From Mobula hypostoma (lineage: Eukaryota), in assembly GCF_963921235.1 (NCBI RefSeq), contig NC_086109.1, forward strand, positions 26,228,001 to 26,292,000: a DNA stretch of 64,000 bases. The letters are read 5' to 3'. The first letter of the stretch is position 1; each line of letters starts with the position of its first letter. Under the pieces are notes generated by a model. It ran no database searches. It saw nothing but the letters and a program-made list of their open reading frames with translations, and was not told where the DNA came from. A program made the position numbers and the translations under genes. Below, piece after piece: positions 13,035-25,924 of this stretch.

Positions 13035-14204
13035 TATCTCTTTTTGGAAATGTTGTTAACTAATGGTGACCAGATTTTGTTTTTTTAATTTAAAGAAACT
13101 GCATCAGCTTGAAAACCTGCTTCATATATTTGCATTTATTAAGTTTAAATTACTGCCCTAGCATTTCTACTCAGTTGAAATATCCTCCACTTCTCTTAAA
13201 CCCACATGAAGCTCTGTGCTTCCTGTTTCTGTTGGTCTTTTAAAACTTCTCATTTTTTTCAATGATGCCGGTTGTTACTGGGCTATAAGAACCTACATTT
13301 TATGTAAAATTTTGCATAAAGTTCACTTAAACAAGTAACTTCCATCATATTCACCAATATTCAGTAATATTTTCATTTGGATTCTCAGTGATTATTAGAG
13401 AAACAATGAATGCAGGAAAAAGAAACTAATTAATCCTTCTCTTTGCCAGGTGTAGGAGCCATGTATCTATTTTCTGTCTGTCTGTATTGTATTTTGTGTT
13501 GCATGTCTATTATGGAATATGGTAATCTGTCACATGGGTTGGAGCATGGTAGAACCAAATGAGTAGAGCCCTGCATTTGCCTTTGGAGCAGATAGTTGTT
13601 AGTCAGAGGCAGCCTGGGATGTGGCTATTATTTTATGAGTGCTATATGGCTATAACTCTAATCTGATTATGTTAACTTTGCTTCTTTCACTATCGGTACT
13701 CTAGTTTCGTTAGTTTATCGCTATATAAGATCATTCATCTTTGCTGGTTTCATTAAAAAAAGGATCATAAAAAAACTTTTCTCGACTTGGAACTCGGTTA
13801 TTTGGAAGCACGTCACACAGTGTTAATTCCCTCACTCAGTCTCTCAGCAGTTTTGGTTTGTTTGTCAAGTTTGTCAGGTGTCGTGGGTCCCTGTTTTCTA
13901 GCATCTGTTGCAGGCTGGTTCCAATATTTTGTCAGTACAGATATTCATAAGGTGAGTTGTCAGAGAATAAACTAAAATTACTTTGTCACTATTTCCACTC
14001 TTCCCCTGCTCCATCTCTGATCACCCCTATTGCTCTCTAGCACATGCATGACCGTTCCCTCACCATTTTATACTAGCTATCTCCCATCTCCCTTTCACTC
14101 CAGATGAAGGGTCTCAACCCAAAATGTTGCTGTCCATTTCACTCTGCATAGGCTGCCTGACTTGCTGAGTTCCTTAAGCATTTTTTTTGCTACACATTCA
14201 CGAG

Positions 14205-14890
14205 ATAGGGATCAGATTCAGAAATTTGAAGTGCAAAGGGATTTGGGAGTACAAGTACGGGATCTCCTAAAGGTTAACTTGCAGATTGAGTCGGTGGTAA
14301 GGAAAGGAAATGCAATATTAACAGTCATTTGTAAGGATTGAATTATAAAAGCAAAGATATATTTCTAAGACTTTACAAGGTATTGGTCAGACCAGATTTA
14401 GAGTATTGTGAGCAGTTTTGGGCCCCATATCTAAGAAAGGACATGCAGGCATTGGAGACGGTCTGGGCGAATGATCCTGGGAATGACAGGGTTAACATAT
14501 GAGAAGCATTTGATGGCTCTGGGGCCTGTACATACTGAAGTTTCGAACATTGCGGGGGAAATCTTACTGAAGTCTACTAAATGGCCTAGATAGAGTGGAT
14601 ATGAAGAGGGTGTTTCAAATAGTGTGAGGACCAAGAAGGCACAGCCTCGGAAAGAAGAAGATGAGGAAGAATTTCTTTAGTCAGTGGGTGGTGAATCTGT
14701 GGAATTCATTGCTGCAGACAGCTGTGGAAACCAAGTCATTGAATATACTTAAAGTGGAGGTTGATAAGTTCTTGATTAGTTAGGGCATCAATGGTCATGG
14801 GATTGAGAGGGAAAGTAAATCAACCATGATCAAATGTGGAGCCAACTTAATGGGTTGAAGGGCCTAATTCTGCTCCTATGTATTGTGGTT
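14205..14890 (+). mobile_element. CR1 LINE 3' fragment, preceded by a decayed PLE 3' end (about 13980-14195)
   Basis: Similar to the CR1 3' region at 7350-8020. Confidence 0.75.
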
Positions 14891-15708
14891 TAATAGGAAA
14901 GGACAATGGTAAAAATAGAGTGAGAGAGGAATCTAATTCTGCTCTTCATAGTAACAGAAGAATGTTTATAGGTCGGTCTGTCTGTCATTATATTAAGTTA
15001 ACACACTTATTCACATGAGTCAGGTAGGTGTTCATACCCAGGGGTATCTTATATGTCCTCAAATGAAGCAACAATTTTGATATTTGAACTAATTCACTTG
15101 TTTATTTTTACATGTGTGGTTCGATGGATGAGACTTATCATTTAAACGTCAGTGAATTGCTTAAGGTATTGGATCAAGAAAAATAGTTTGTAACAAGTTG
15201 TGACTTGTTGATGGAACCAAATCATTCCATGGGAAAGAATTGAGCAAAATCGTAATATTAATTTTGGGTGGCTGTTCCTATTTTATTTTTGTTAAATAGT
15301 TGAACTGCTCAAGGCTCAAAGACGCAGTTGATAAAAAATGAAATGTGCTTTGCCGAGGATAACTGAATCTATGTGTTCTGGTATTCTGGACCCATAGAAA
15401 CTGAACAATCTGAGACTCTGGCCCACCCAAGCTTTCAATTAGTCTTCCTTACACCTGCACTTAAGCTACTTTCTACTGTTTTCACCTGTGCCCTTGGGTG
15501 TATCACACTTGAGAAATGTACATGAAATTCTCAGAAAGGCAGTTCCAAATTTTCCTCCTCGAGATTATTTTATTTTGTTTATGTAAAGGATGTAGGTTTC
15601 ACTGCAAACCCAAGTATTCATTGCTCAGACTTCATTGACATTGAAGTTGATGTTGAGTTACCTTGTTGAACTTTTCTGTCTTTGCAGTGAAGGGACTGTA
15701 TGTTCTCT

Positions 15709-15965
15709 GGGCCAGCACTGTAGCATAATGGTTAGCATGGTACCTTACAGTGCCAGTGACTCAGGTTCAATGCAGTCTTTAAGCAGTTTGTACTTTCTCC
15801 CTGTGACAATATAGGTTTCCTCTGGGTGTTCTGGTTTCCTCCTACATTCCAAAGACATACTAGTTAGTAGGTTAATCGGTCACTTTCTGTATTTGGCAGT
15901 GCAGTCAAATTGTGCCAGAAGGGCTGTGGGAAAAAAAAAGAGTAAAATAAAAAAATAAAGCATTA
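15709..15965 (+). mobile_element. tRNA-derived V-SINE
   Basis: A-box tagcataatgg, B-box ggttcaa, V-domain gtttcctctgggtgttctggtttcctcc, A-rich tail. Confidence 0.75.
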
Positions 15966-17849
15966 AAAAAAACAAAATTATTTTCAGATAGGGAGTTAAT
16001 TCAGCCTGAGATGATGGTGTATTTCCAGAAAGGGAGAGACTGTGGCTTCAATGAAAACCATGGTGTTTCAGATGGTGCGACAAGGTGCGTTAAATATCCT
16101 TCCAAGTTGTCAAGATTTCAGGTTGCAAGGAGATCTGAAAAACTGTAGGAAGTTATTGTGGTGTATTTTTAGATGGCTGACAATAGACCATTGTTTGTGG
16201 ATATGAATGACAGGCAATGGTGTAGAAATTAAGTCAAGTACTTTCTCATGGATGGTGTAAAGCCTTGTAACTTGTTGCTGGATAAAGTACAATAAGATGG
16301 ACTATTTTCGTAATCTACCTCATGATGTTCTTGCACTTTATCGTTTCCCTGCACTGCACTTTTTTGGGTAGTTTTTGCATTTTATTCTGCATTGTTGACA
16401 GTATACTCCTCTCCATAGACGTTGTCCAACTTACTGAGTTCCTCCAGCATTCTGTGTGTTTTACTCAACATTTCCAGCATCTGCAGAATCTCTTTTGTTT
16501 ATTCTGCAGCGTTATTATTTTACCTTTTCCTAGGTCTATGCATTTGGAAATAATTTGATCTGTATAAACAGTGCAAAACAAGCTTTTGGTGTCTTGGTAC
16601 ATGTGATAATAAAAAACCAATATCAGAACCACACTGTAGTCATCCAGAGATGTTAAATGTATTCAATCATGCTACTAACTTCTGGGAGGTAGAGGTAAAA
16701 ATTTGAGGGGGCAGGAGTTGAGTCATTCACCACAGAGTACTTTGCCTCTAACTTGCACTTATAGCTGTATTTGACTCTCCTGTTAGGTTATCTGCGAATG
16801 GGTGAACACCTGAATTTTGTTAATAATCCTGTTGAATGTCCTTAAATAAATTTGGACTTAATAATAATTGCGACGAAATAAGGAAAATGATAAGACTGCC
16901 ATGTACAGATCCCTCACAGGCAATGCTTGCTTTCACTGGAGGCAGGATGGAATGCTGAGGAATGCCTAGATGGAAGATTAGGCATGAGACCACAGACTCT
17001 TCCAGAATTCCTGCCATGCAGAATGAGAAACAGGTTAAGTAATAGGGTAAGGGCTTTCATAGCAGTTTTTTTTATTCTTCACACCAAGGAGAAATTCAAT
17101 CTGATCTGGTGTCTGCTCTAATGGGAAAGCACCACACACTTGTGGCTCTTTGGCATAACTGGTTAAATTAAGATTGAGTACACCTCAATAGTTTTAACTG
17201 CAAGCTGGACAGAACACCGGATAATACTACAATATCTGCAAGCTTCACACCCAGTTATCTTCAGCTTTAGTTAACCATAATTGATCCCTATTAGGCTAAT
17301 TAACAAAATAAGGTACAATTATCCACTCTATGGAGTTAAATAATGACTTCCATTATGATAGGGAGGGGTTTTACTTCATACACAGTCATCATTATAATAT
17401 TATAGTAAATTATTTCCTTTGGGCAAGGTAACCATGTTGATGAGCATCATAATTTACTTTTTTAAAAATGTGAATGTTTCCTTCAGGAACAGGCAAGCTG
17501 TAGTAATGGTCAATAGTATCTACAATTTCGTTCTCACTTCTCATGTAGTTTGGTCACATTTAGGTTTCTTTTATTGTACTTCTCAATTAAATTTTGGGTG
17601 TTTTCGTCAGAATGATAGTTGTAAACAAACTCTTCAAAACATGTTGTCCTTTGCCTAGCTTATTTATGGCTAATGGGGTAGAAAATATTTAAATGTATAT
17701 AGAAGATAATAATTTTGGATTGAAATTCAATTTGTCTTTCACTATCACTCAGGTAGGGGGATGAGTTTAATTTTGCTTGTAGTTGAGTCACCTTCAGCAC
17801 TTCCTAGCTCAACAGCTTCCACCTTCACTGGTGTTGTGATGTGTCATTG

Positions 17850-18080
17850 TATTTCGCCAGTTCCTCTGTTGAGGTCTTGGTTGGCTCTTTGTCTGGAACC
17901 TTCCCCTTGACCTTACAGCCATGGGTGACCCTACCAGGAGCCAAGGGCCAGATGGCTGAACTCCAGATGGCATCACACTTGTGATCTCAGAAACTCACAA
18001 GTCTCTCCACCATGACACAGTGACGTGCACTCTTCTAAGTCCATGAGGGACCGACAGTAACAACGGAGAAAGAAGAAGGA
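17850..18080 (-). mobile_element. RTE (Expander/Rex3-like) 5'-end fragment
   Basis: Minus strand gtcatggtggagagacttg...cctggtagggtcacccatggc resembles RTE/Rex3 5' UTRs. Recognised from memory, not verified. Confidence 0.4.
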
Positions 18081-19386
18081 CACTACTTTGCGTTCATGAA
18101 ATACATTTATCAGGTTGCAGTGATAGCATTCTTCTCTCATTCCTACTAATAGGATGAACTGAGATTGAGGCCTGCTCTGGGGAGTGGATCTAAGGAATCA
18201 ATCTGGTTCAGAGTGCTGTTGTTTGCTCCTGCTGTTTGCATGATGTGTATGTGTGTGTGTTTTTCCCCTCTTTCTCAACACAGTAGTGATGGTCTTTCTT
18301 TTTTAAAAAATTGGGTTCGTTGGGTTTCTTGTTTTGTGGCTGCCTGTAAGCAAACAAATCTCAAGGTCTATATATATATATATTCTTTGATAATAAATGT
18401 ACTTTGAATCTTGAATCATTTAAGTCAGAGTGCTGTAGATCAAGATTCCTTACAGAACATGAAAACTTTGTAGGGAGGCACTATTGGGAGAATGGTAAGA
18501 GAACACTGGATTTTGAAGGGATAAAGGTTAGTATTATATCAAAATGCATCATATCCAAATGTTATTCTTGTATTTATCTGGGAAGGTATATAAAATGAGC
18601 TTACCTTTCAGCTGTTAAGCATTGGCTGCACCTGTTTCCTGTAGTTCTTGGGCTGAGTCTTCAGCAGAAGCTGCTATTATTCAACTGTCTGGCACTGTCT
18701 GGGATATCTCATTAAAGGTCACAGTGTGTGACCAGAACTGATACGATGATGCCTGTAGATAAAACTGCAGGGAACGTGAGGGAAACCTTCAGGGCATCAT
18801 TATTGCATGGGTGCCATTTATCACCAGAGCGACTTGGATTCTGCCCATTCTACAGAAAAGTTGATGGCCCTCCTGGTGATCTGTGTGACAGCACTGTCAG
18901 AATGTATAAACTGAGCTGCCCTGGCAAAGCAAGTATTGGCAACTTGTTCTCGATCAGTGCATTGCAGGCTAGCTAAGTCGGTAAAGGCCTCCTGTCACTC
19001 CTGGAAAGAGCTAGCGGCACAAAAACTGAGACCTGTAGTCATTTGCAATGGCATAGCTGGAACAGCGAATACTGTGGGTGTTGGTCATCGCAGAAAAGGC
19101 TGCTACAATGAACAGACCCCTGCCAAGGTTTTAATATTGAGCTATTTGTTGAGTCCCTGTGCCCCTTGCTGAGTAGGGCAGAGTATAAGGGCCTTCTAAT
19201 TCTACCAGTTGATTTTGCGTTTATTGTAGCCTTTAGTATTCCCACTTCTTCTGCTTGCGTGTATAAAGTAAGATTCTGATAGAAAGTCCAGTTTTCCAGA
19301 TTTCAATTCAAAGTTCAATGAGTACATCAAAATAAAATAAGAAGTTTTGAAAGGGTAAGGCAGAATATAGAGAAGGCTTCCTGAAA

Positions 19387-19681
19387 GGGCAGCACGGTAG
19401 CATAGTGGTTAGCACAACGCTTTACAGTACCAGCGACCTGGGTTCAATTACTGCTGCTGCCCGAAGGAGTTTGTACGTTCTCCCCGTGACCACGTGGGTT
19501 TCCTCCGGGAGCTCCAGGTTCCTCCCACAATCTAAAAGACATACCGGTTGGTAGGTCAATTGGTCATTATAAATTGTCCAATGATTTGTCTAGGATTAAA
19601 TTGGGTGATTGCTGGGTGGCATGGCTCAAAGGGCAAGAGGGGCCTACTCTAGCAGTATGCCCAATAAATAAATAAATAAAA
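19387..19681 (+). mobile_element. Full-length tRNA-derived V-SINE (HE1-like)
   Basis: Head ggcagcacggtagcatagtggttagc, B-box ggttcaatt, V-domain ggagtttgtacgttctccccgtgaccacgtgggtttcctccggg, (aaat)n tail. Confidence 0.85.
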
Positions 19682-20390
19682 CATTTTTGGCAATGAGTAC
19701 AACATAATGTGATAAAAATCCGACACAAAAGAAAATCCAATTAATAGACAGAGAAAATCTGCAGATGCTGGAAATCTGAGCAGCATACACAAAATGCAGA
19801 AGGAACTCAGCAGGCTAGACAGCATCTTTGGAAAGGAGTAAACAGTCAACATTTCGGGCTGAGACCCTTCTTCAGGATATCCATTTAATGGATGTCTCTG
19901 TAACAAAATAATTCTACTGTGATGACTGGTAGCTTGAAAGTTACCCTTTTAAAATATGGCTAGAAATATTGTTGATAGATGAGAAGACAATAGTCACAGT
20001 TTTTATTTGCTGGGTGACATAAACACATTCTACCTCCATCATTTGCATAGGTCTGATGGCTAAAGGCTGATTTAGACTCGTGCGTCAAATCGACGCTGTA
20101 GGTACGGCGTAGCCGCGAACCCTACGCAGTGCCTACGCGGATCCCTACACCGTAGCCTGACGTGCACCTCTCCCAAAATGTAACTACACGTCGCCGCAAC
20201 GCAGACTGCAACAACTGTGATTAGTCTGCTTGGTAGCATCGCATTTCCTCCTACGCTGCAATAGCTTCCCTTTGGGCGACTGAAGGGCAGGGAAGGAACT
20301 CTGGCTGCAATGCTTTCCATAAAGCTTTACAGACCTCTGAAATTATGGAGGACACATTTCGGTTTTATGAAAAAAGGTGCTCGCTTTAAA

Positions 20391-21890
20391 CGCAAACAAC
20401 AGGAATTCTGCAGATGCTGCAAATTCAAGCAACACACATCAAAGTTGCTGGTGAACGCAGCAGGCCAGGCAGCATCTATAGGAAGAGGCGCAGTCGATGT
20501 TTCAGGCCGAGACCCTTCGTCAGGACTAACTGAAGGAAGAGTGAGTAAGGGATTTGAAAGCTGGAGGGGGAGGGGGAGATGCAAAATGATAGGAGAAGAC
20601 AGGAGGGGGAGGGATAGAGCCGAGAACTGGACAGGTGATAGGCAAAAGGGGATACGAGAGGATCATGGGACAGGAGGTCCGGGAAGAAAGACAAGTGGGG
20701 GGTGTGACCCAGAGGATGGGCAAGAGGTATATTCAGAGGGACAGAGGGAGAAAAAGGAGAGTGAGAGAAAGAATGTGTGCATAAAAATGAGTAACAGATG
20801 GGGTACGAGGGGGAGGTGGGGCCTAGCGGAAGTTAGAGAAGTCGATGTTCATGCCATCAGGTTGGAGGCTACCCAGACGGAATATAAGGTGTTGTTCCTC
20901 CAAGCTGAGTGTGGCTTCATCTTTACAGTAGAGGAGGCCGTGGATAGACATGTCAGAATGGGAATGGGATGTGGAATTAAAATGTGTGGCCACTGGGAGA
21001 TCCTGCTTTCTCTGGCGGACAGAGCGTAGAAGTTCAGCAAAGTGGTCTCCCAATCTGCGTCGGGTCTCACCAATATATAAAAGGCCACATCGGGAGCACC
21101 GGACGCAGTATATCACCCCAGTCGACTCACAGGTGAAGTGATGCCTCACCTGGAAGGACTGTTTGGGGCCCTGAATGGTGGTAAGGGAGGAAGTGTAAGG
21201 GCATGTGTAGCACTTGTTCCGCTTACACGAATGCAGAGAGAGGGGGGAGGGAAAGATGTTCTGAGGGATCGCTCCCTACACAACTCTCTTGTCCATTCGT
21301 CCCCCCCATCCCTCCCCACTGATCTCCCTCCTGGCACTTATTTTAATTCCACATCCCATTCCCATTCTGACATGTCTATCCACGGCCTCCTCTACTGTAA
21401 AGATGAAGCCACACTCAGCTTGGAGGAACAACACCTTATATTCCGTCTGGGTAGCCTCCAACCTGATGGCATGAACATCGACTTCTCTAACTTCCGCTAG
21501 GCCCCACCTCCCCCTCGTACCCCATCTGTTACTCATTTTTATGCACACATTCTTTCTCTCACTCTCCTTTTTCTCCCTCTGTCCCTCTGAATATACCTCT
21601 TGCCCATCCTCTGGGTCACACCCCCCACTTGTCTTTCTTCCCGGACCTCCTGTCCCATGATCCTCTCGTATCCCCTTTTGCCTATCACCTGTCCAGCTCT
21701 CGGCTCTATCCCTCCCCCTCCTGTTTTCTCCTATCATTTTGCATCTCCCCCTCCCCCTCCAGCTTTCAAATCCCTTACTCACTCTTCCTTCAGTTAGTCC
21801 TGACGAAGGGTCTCGGCCTGAAACGTCGACTGCGCCTCTTCCTATAGATGCTGCTTGGCCTGCTGCGTTCACCAGCAACTTTGATGTACG
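20391..21890. mobile_element. Penelope-like retroelement, inverted rearranged 3' portion with GIY-YIG endonuclease
   Basis: Minus arm encodes CKRNKCYTC linker and VIYCVRCSRCGLLYIGETRRRL..EEQHLIFRLGSLQPDGMN (ORF 20823..21149). Plus arm 21339-21890 is a near-identical inverted copy. Each arm carries a hammerhead motif. Confidence 0.92.
21796..21831 (+). ncRNA. Minimal type I hammerhead ribozyme motif
   Basis: AGTC CTGACGA AGGGTCTCGGCCT GAAA CG TC GACT. The mirror copy at 20492-20527 (-) has ACAU instead of ACGU in stem III. Confidence 0.8.
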
Positions 21891-22187
21891 TTACCAGATT
21901 TAGAAGTTGTGTGAAGGAGGTGTAAGCTGGTACGCACAACTATAAATCAGCCTTAATGCTTTATTCACTTGGACGAAAATGATGCAGAAATAATTCCACA
22001 GTGACTGGCATAAACTAACCTGGGGTTACAATATCATATGAGTTCCTGGTCAGCGGTAGCTTCTCAAGAAAATACACCGTGATTATTTGCACATGTGCTC
22101 CAATATCATGTTTGGGGGGGAAAAAAACAATCTGCTGAAAGAACCCAGTGGTTTGAGCAGTGCCTGCAAGAGGAAAAGAATTGATGT

Positions 22188-22355
22188 AAACACGAGGAGT
22201 TTTGCAGATGCTGAAAATTCAAGCAACACACATCAAAGTTGCTGCTGAACACAGCAGGCCAGGCAGCATCTCTAGGAAGAGGTACAGGCGACGTTTCCGG
22301 CCGAGACCCATCGTCAGGACTAACTGAAGGAAGAGCTAGTAAGAGATTTGATTTC
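22188..22355 (-). mobile_element. Short PLE 3'-end insertion with mutated hammerhead (22286-22321)
   Basis: Matches the PLE 3' end. 13-bp TSD aaagaattgatgt at 22175-22187 and 22356-22368. Confidence 0.85.
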
Positions 22356-23044
22356 AAAGAATTGATGTTTTGGGTTGGAGGGTTTCGACCTAAAGCTTCA
22401 ATTCCTGTCCCCTCACAAATGCTGCTTGACCCTTGAGTCCCTCTAGCAGATTGTTTGCTGCTCCATATTCCAACATCTGTAGTCTCTTCTGTCAGCTAAG
22501 TGTAGGAACAGGGTCAGGTTTGAGTCTGGGGATGACAGAAGAGGTACTGGAATCAAAAAAGGGAACTGTGTGTCAATGACTATGTAGATTATTCTATGTT
22601 GAGTTTGGCAGCCTTGTACTATGGAGAAAGGCTGGGCTCGTAGCACTAATTTGGATGGAAATTGTAGTCATGATGGAAGTGAACAAACAGTAGTCAGAAG
22701 TAAAGAGAGCTGGTAGTCATGGAGAATACCATAGTGCTGTGTTGGTAGAATGAGGACCATCAATTTGTGGGACATATCGCTCATAGTCTCTGACTAAAGA
22801 ATGTGTTTTCTTACATGGCAATTTTTTTTCTTTTTTTTCCTTCTTGCTATTTTGAATATGTGTGTATATTTTTGCATCTTGGCCCCTGAAGAACGCTATC
22901 TTGTTCAGACGTACCCATATCTGGTTTGAATAACAAATAAACTTGATTCGATTTGATTAAAGGTGGGGAGAATAAATTCTTATAGGAGACTTAATTGAGG
23001 CATGTTTCTGGCATTAGACTGGGAACTGTTCAAGCTGTTTTTGT

Positions 23045-23685
23045 GGAGGGAGGAGAAAATGGTGGTGTGATGCAGCGCGCGCAGCTGTTCCGAATGATAT
23101 CATATGTGTTAACTAGGGGGCCGTGCACAATCCGAATTTGATGGAGACAGGCGTGAGAAGCACGGAGGAACACCTGGAGAAGCTTCTGAAATGCCCGGTT
23201 CGCTGCCGCTGCTACTGTGCGATCGAGAATCTCCGGAGGGGAAGGCCCCAAATCCTGGGCTTTGCCTATTGCCTGTTGCCAGGGCCGGGATCGAAGCGCT
23301 TGGCAGAGATGGTGCTCGGTGTCGGAGAGCTGGTTGGAGGCTCGGAGTTTTCGGACGGACTCGGAGTCAGACTGTGGTCGGATGCTTCCAGGATGCTACA
23401 TCGGCAAGTTTGCAGCGCTGGAGGTTTACTGTCTGCGTGAGATGATGGGACTTTCAAGAGACTTTGAGACTTTTACCGTGCCCATGGTCTGTTCTTATCA
23501 AATTACGGTATTGCTTTGCACTGTTGTAACTATATGTTATAATCATGTGTTTTTGTTAGTTTTTTAAAGTCGGTTTCTCATGTGTTTTTGTGATATCATT
23601 CTGGAAAAACATTGTATCATTTCTTAATGCATGCTTTACTAAATGACAATAAAAGAGTACTGCGTGTCCTTATCGTCTAATCTAA
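23045..23685 (+). mobile_element. Non-autonomous LINE-derived (Rex1-like) retroposon, copy 1
   Basis: Homologous to 53851-54530 over its length. GC-rich 5' part, aataaa, (tctaa)n tail. Confidence 0.75.
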
Positions 23686-25244
23686 ACTAAGTATCCAGTC
23701 TGATTATGAGGGCCTGGTTTGTCTTTAATGATACACAGACAGCTTGGTTTTGAATCCCCTCCCTCCCCCCACCCCAGGTCATCCCAGCATTTCTGAGTGT
23801 CAGCTGAAAAGAGAACTCAGGAAGGCAAATGTGTACAGTCAGTGGTCACCTGTTTCCATGAGGTTTCTCTCATCAAAGTTACATCGTGTGGTGCGATCAA
23901 AAATAATCCTGTATGACCCGATATTCATATTTATGTCTCTGATGATTTATGTCATAGATTTGATCAAAATTGTAAATATGAAAATACTTAAACATGATTT
24001 GAAAGACTGAATGAAGCCATTTGTGAAAGATAAACAAATTCATTCCAAAACAATCAGAAAACGCTCTATTGTTTCTCTGGGCTGTGATATAAGTAAGTAG
24101 AACTGGGACAGTGTGAGTCAACCTCTTTTACAGAGTACTTAGTCTGTTTAATGTCGCCGAATTTAAATTAATAGTAGGAGTGGAGAAATTTACATGTAGG
24201 AAGAATTACGTGGCTGTCAAAATTTTAAATAGGTAAAACAAGCATTTTGGGTTGGTAAGGAAGAACAGGATGTGCTGTTAAATCAGTAATGCTGAATTAG
24301 CAATGGGTGAAAGACAGAGGGATCAAGATTCAGGAACTCTACAGCATGTTTCATTCTATTAGCCGGAACAGCATTCAATAAAGCAAACAGGATTCTTGAG
24401 AGAGATTGCTGTATCAGTCAAATAAAAATTCATTTAGTCAATTATCTCTATTTGAGAATTAAATGTTTCCCTCTGGTCTGTGTGGCAAATCTGCTGCACA
24501 ATAAATGGAAATGTCTGGTCATAGACTCTTTTGAGTCAAAGAGCACCATAGCACAGAAAAGTGGCCTTCGGCCCATCTAGTCTATACCAGCCTGGTCTTC
24601 TGCCTAGTACTATTTATCTGCACCCAGTCCATTGTCCTCCATAACTCTCTCATCCGCGTACCTATCCAAATTTCTCTTAAATGTTACAATTGAACACCTC
24701 TAACACATCTGCTGGCAGCTTATTCCACACTCTCATCACCCTCAGCATGAAGAAGTTCTCATATATTACTGGAGTAGAAAAAAAAAGGTAAAACAACAGG
24801 TCCACAGCCAAATTTTAGAATAGAAATTTCTACTTTTTAATGCAATGTGGATCATTTTAATGATATTTTCCAAGCCCCATTCTGATAGATCTGCCACAAA
24901 TGTAATCTTACTGGCTTTTTACTCGCCTTGGATCACCTGGACAATAGTAATACTTATGTCAGGCTGCTGTTTATTGACTACAGCTCAATTTTTAGCGCTA
25001 TTGTACCCTCAGTTCTAATCAAAAAGCTCCAAAACCTGGGCTTCTGTACCTCCCTCTTGTTGGCTAGAAAGAATTACAACCCACAAATCAGTGAGCAGGA
25101 ATGAGGCAAGAGTGGTGGAAATGGACAAAGCAAAAGTCTTTGTTCTTGCCATGTGTTGGCAGGAATGGAAGCAGCCATTTTGTGAGACTGTTCTTGCAGC
25201 TGCCATTTTGTGAATTGTTTGGTGAATTGATTCTTGCTCTAGGA

Positions 25245-25325
25245 CAGGGGTTCCCAGCCTTTTTCAATGTCATTGACCACTATCATTAACTGAGGGGTCC
25301 ATGGACCCCAGGTTGGAAACCCTTG
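25245..25325. mobile_element. 81-bp hAT-type MITE
   Basis: TIR caggggttccca / ttggaaacccttg. Perfect 8-bp TSD ctctagga at 25237-25244 and 25326-25333. Confidence 0.85.
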
Positions 25326-25924
25326 CTCTAGGATAACCTAATCAGTTCAGCTGAACATGGACACAGAGTTTCTGGTAAGGATCGGCTAAACTTGAGACCA
25401 TTCTCTGGTTAGAAGCTGTTTATTATGTAACATAGAAAGAACAGCCTGTGATCTGGTCGGCTGCGCCCAGTGTTTGGGTGACCTGGTTAGACTAGTTTTG
25501 AACTAGTCTTGAGTTGGGCAGAACAAAACAAATCACCTAAGGCACAAAGCTGAAGGAAGAGTGATACTGTTTGTAGCCCTGGGCTACATCCAATAAAATC
25601 TGACACACTTCAGTTAGATTACTTGAACAAACAAAATTGATCTGATAAAGAAAAGGATAAGAATGAGGATTTTGGGAGCACAGGCAGTGACACCTCTCAG
25701 AAGACCAACCATCACGGATGTGGAGGACCCCACGTCGGACACATGGAGATCACATCGGGACTACAAGGTACGCCTGGCCAATGTAGACTCTTGTTTTTCC
25801 CAGGTATTACCTTTTCGATCATTTGACCTCTCAAAGAGGGTCAGGGAAATCTAGTAGATGTGCACACTGTTGGTCAGTTTGTGAATTCACATGTTTGTTT
25901 GCTGAGACAATAAAGGTACTAAAG

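Larger units (their letters stand above)
20064..21953. mobile_element. Non-autonomous PIF/Harbinger-type DNA transposon with a nested Penelope-like element
   Basis: TIRs aggctgatttagactcgtgcgt and (rc) aggctgatttatagttgtgcgt. 3-bp TAA TSD at 20061-20063 and 21954-21956. Confidence 0.75.

Noticed and set aside
20310..21878. Long ORFs 20310..21029(+) and 21276..21878(-) that look like duplicated novel proteins
   Set aside because: They are antisense or off-frame readings of the two inverted Penelope arms. The real coding frame is the GIY-YIG one.
23123..23567. Overlapping ORFs similar to those at 53930-54369 (apparent gene duplication)
   Set aside because: Frames are not conserved between copies, there is no splice structure, and both lie in a dispersed retroposon.
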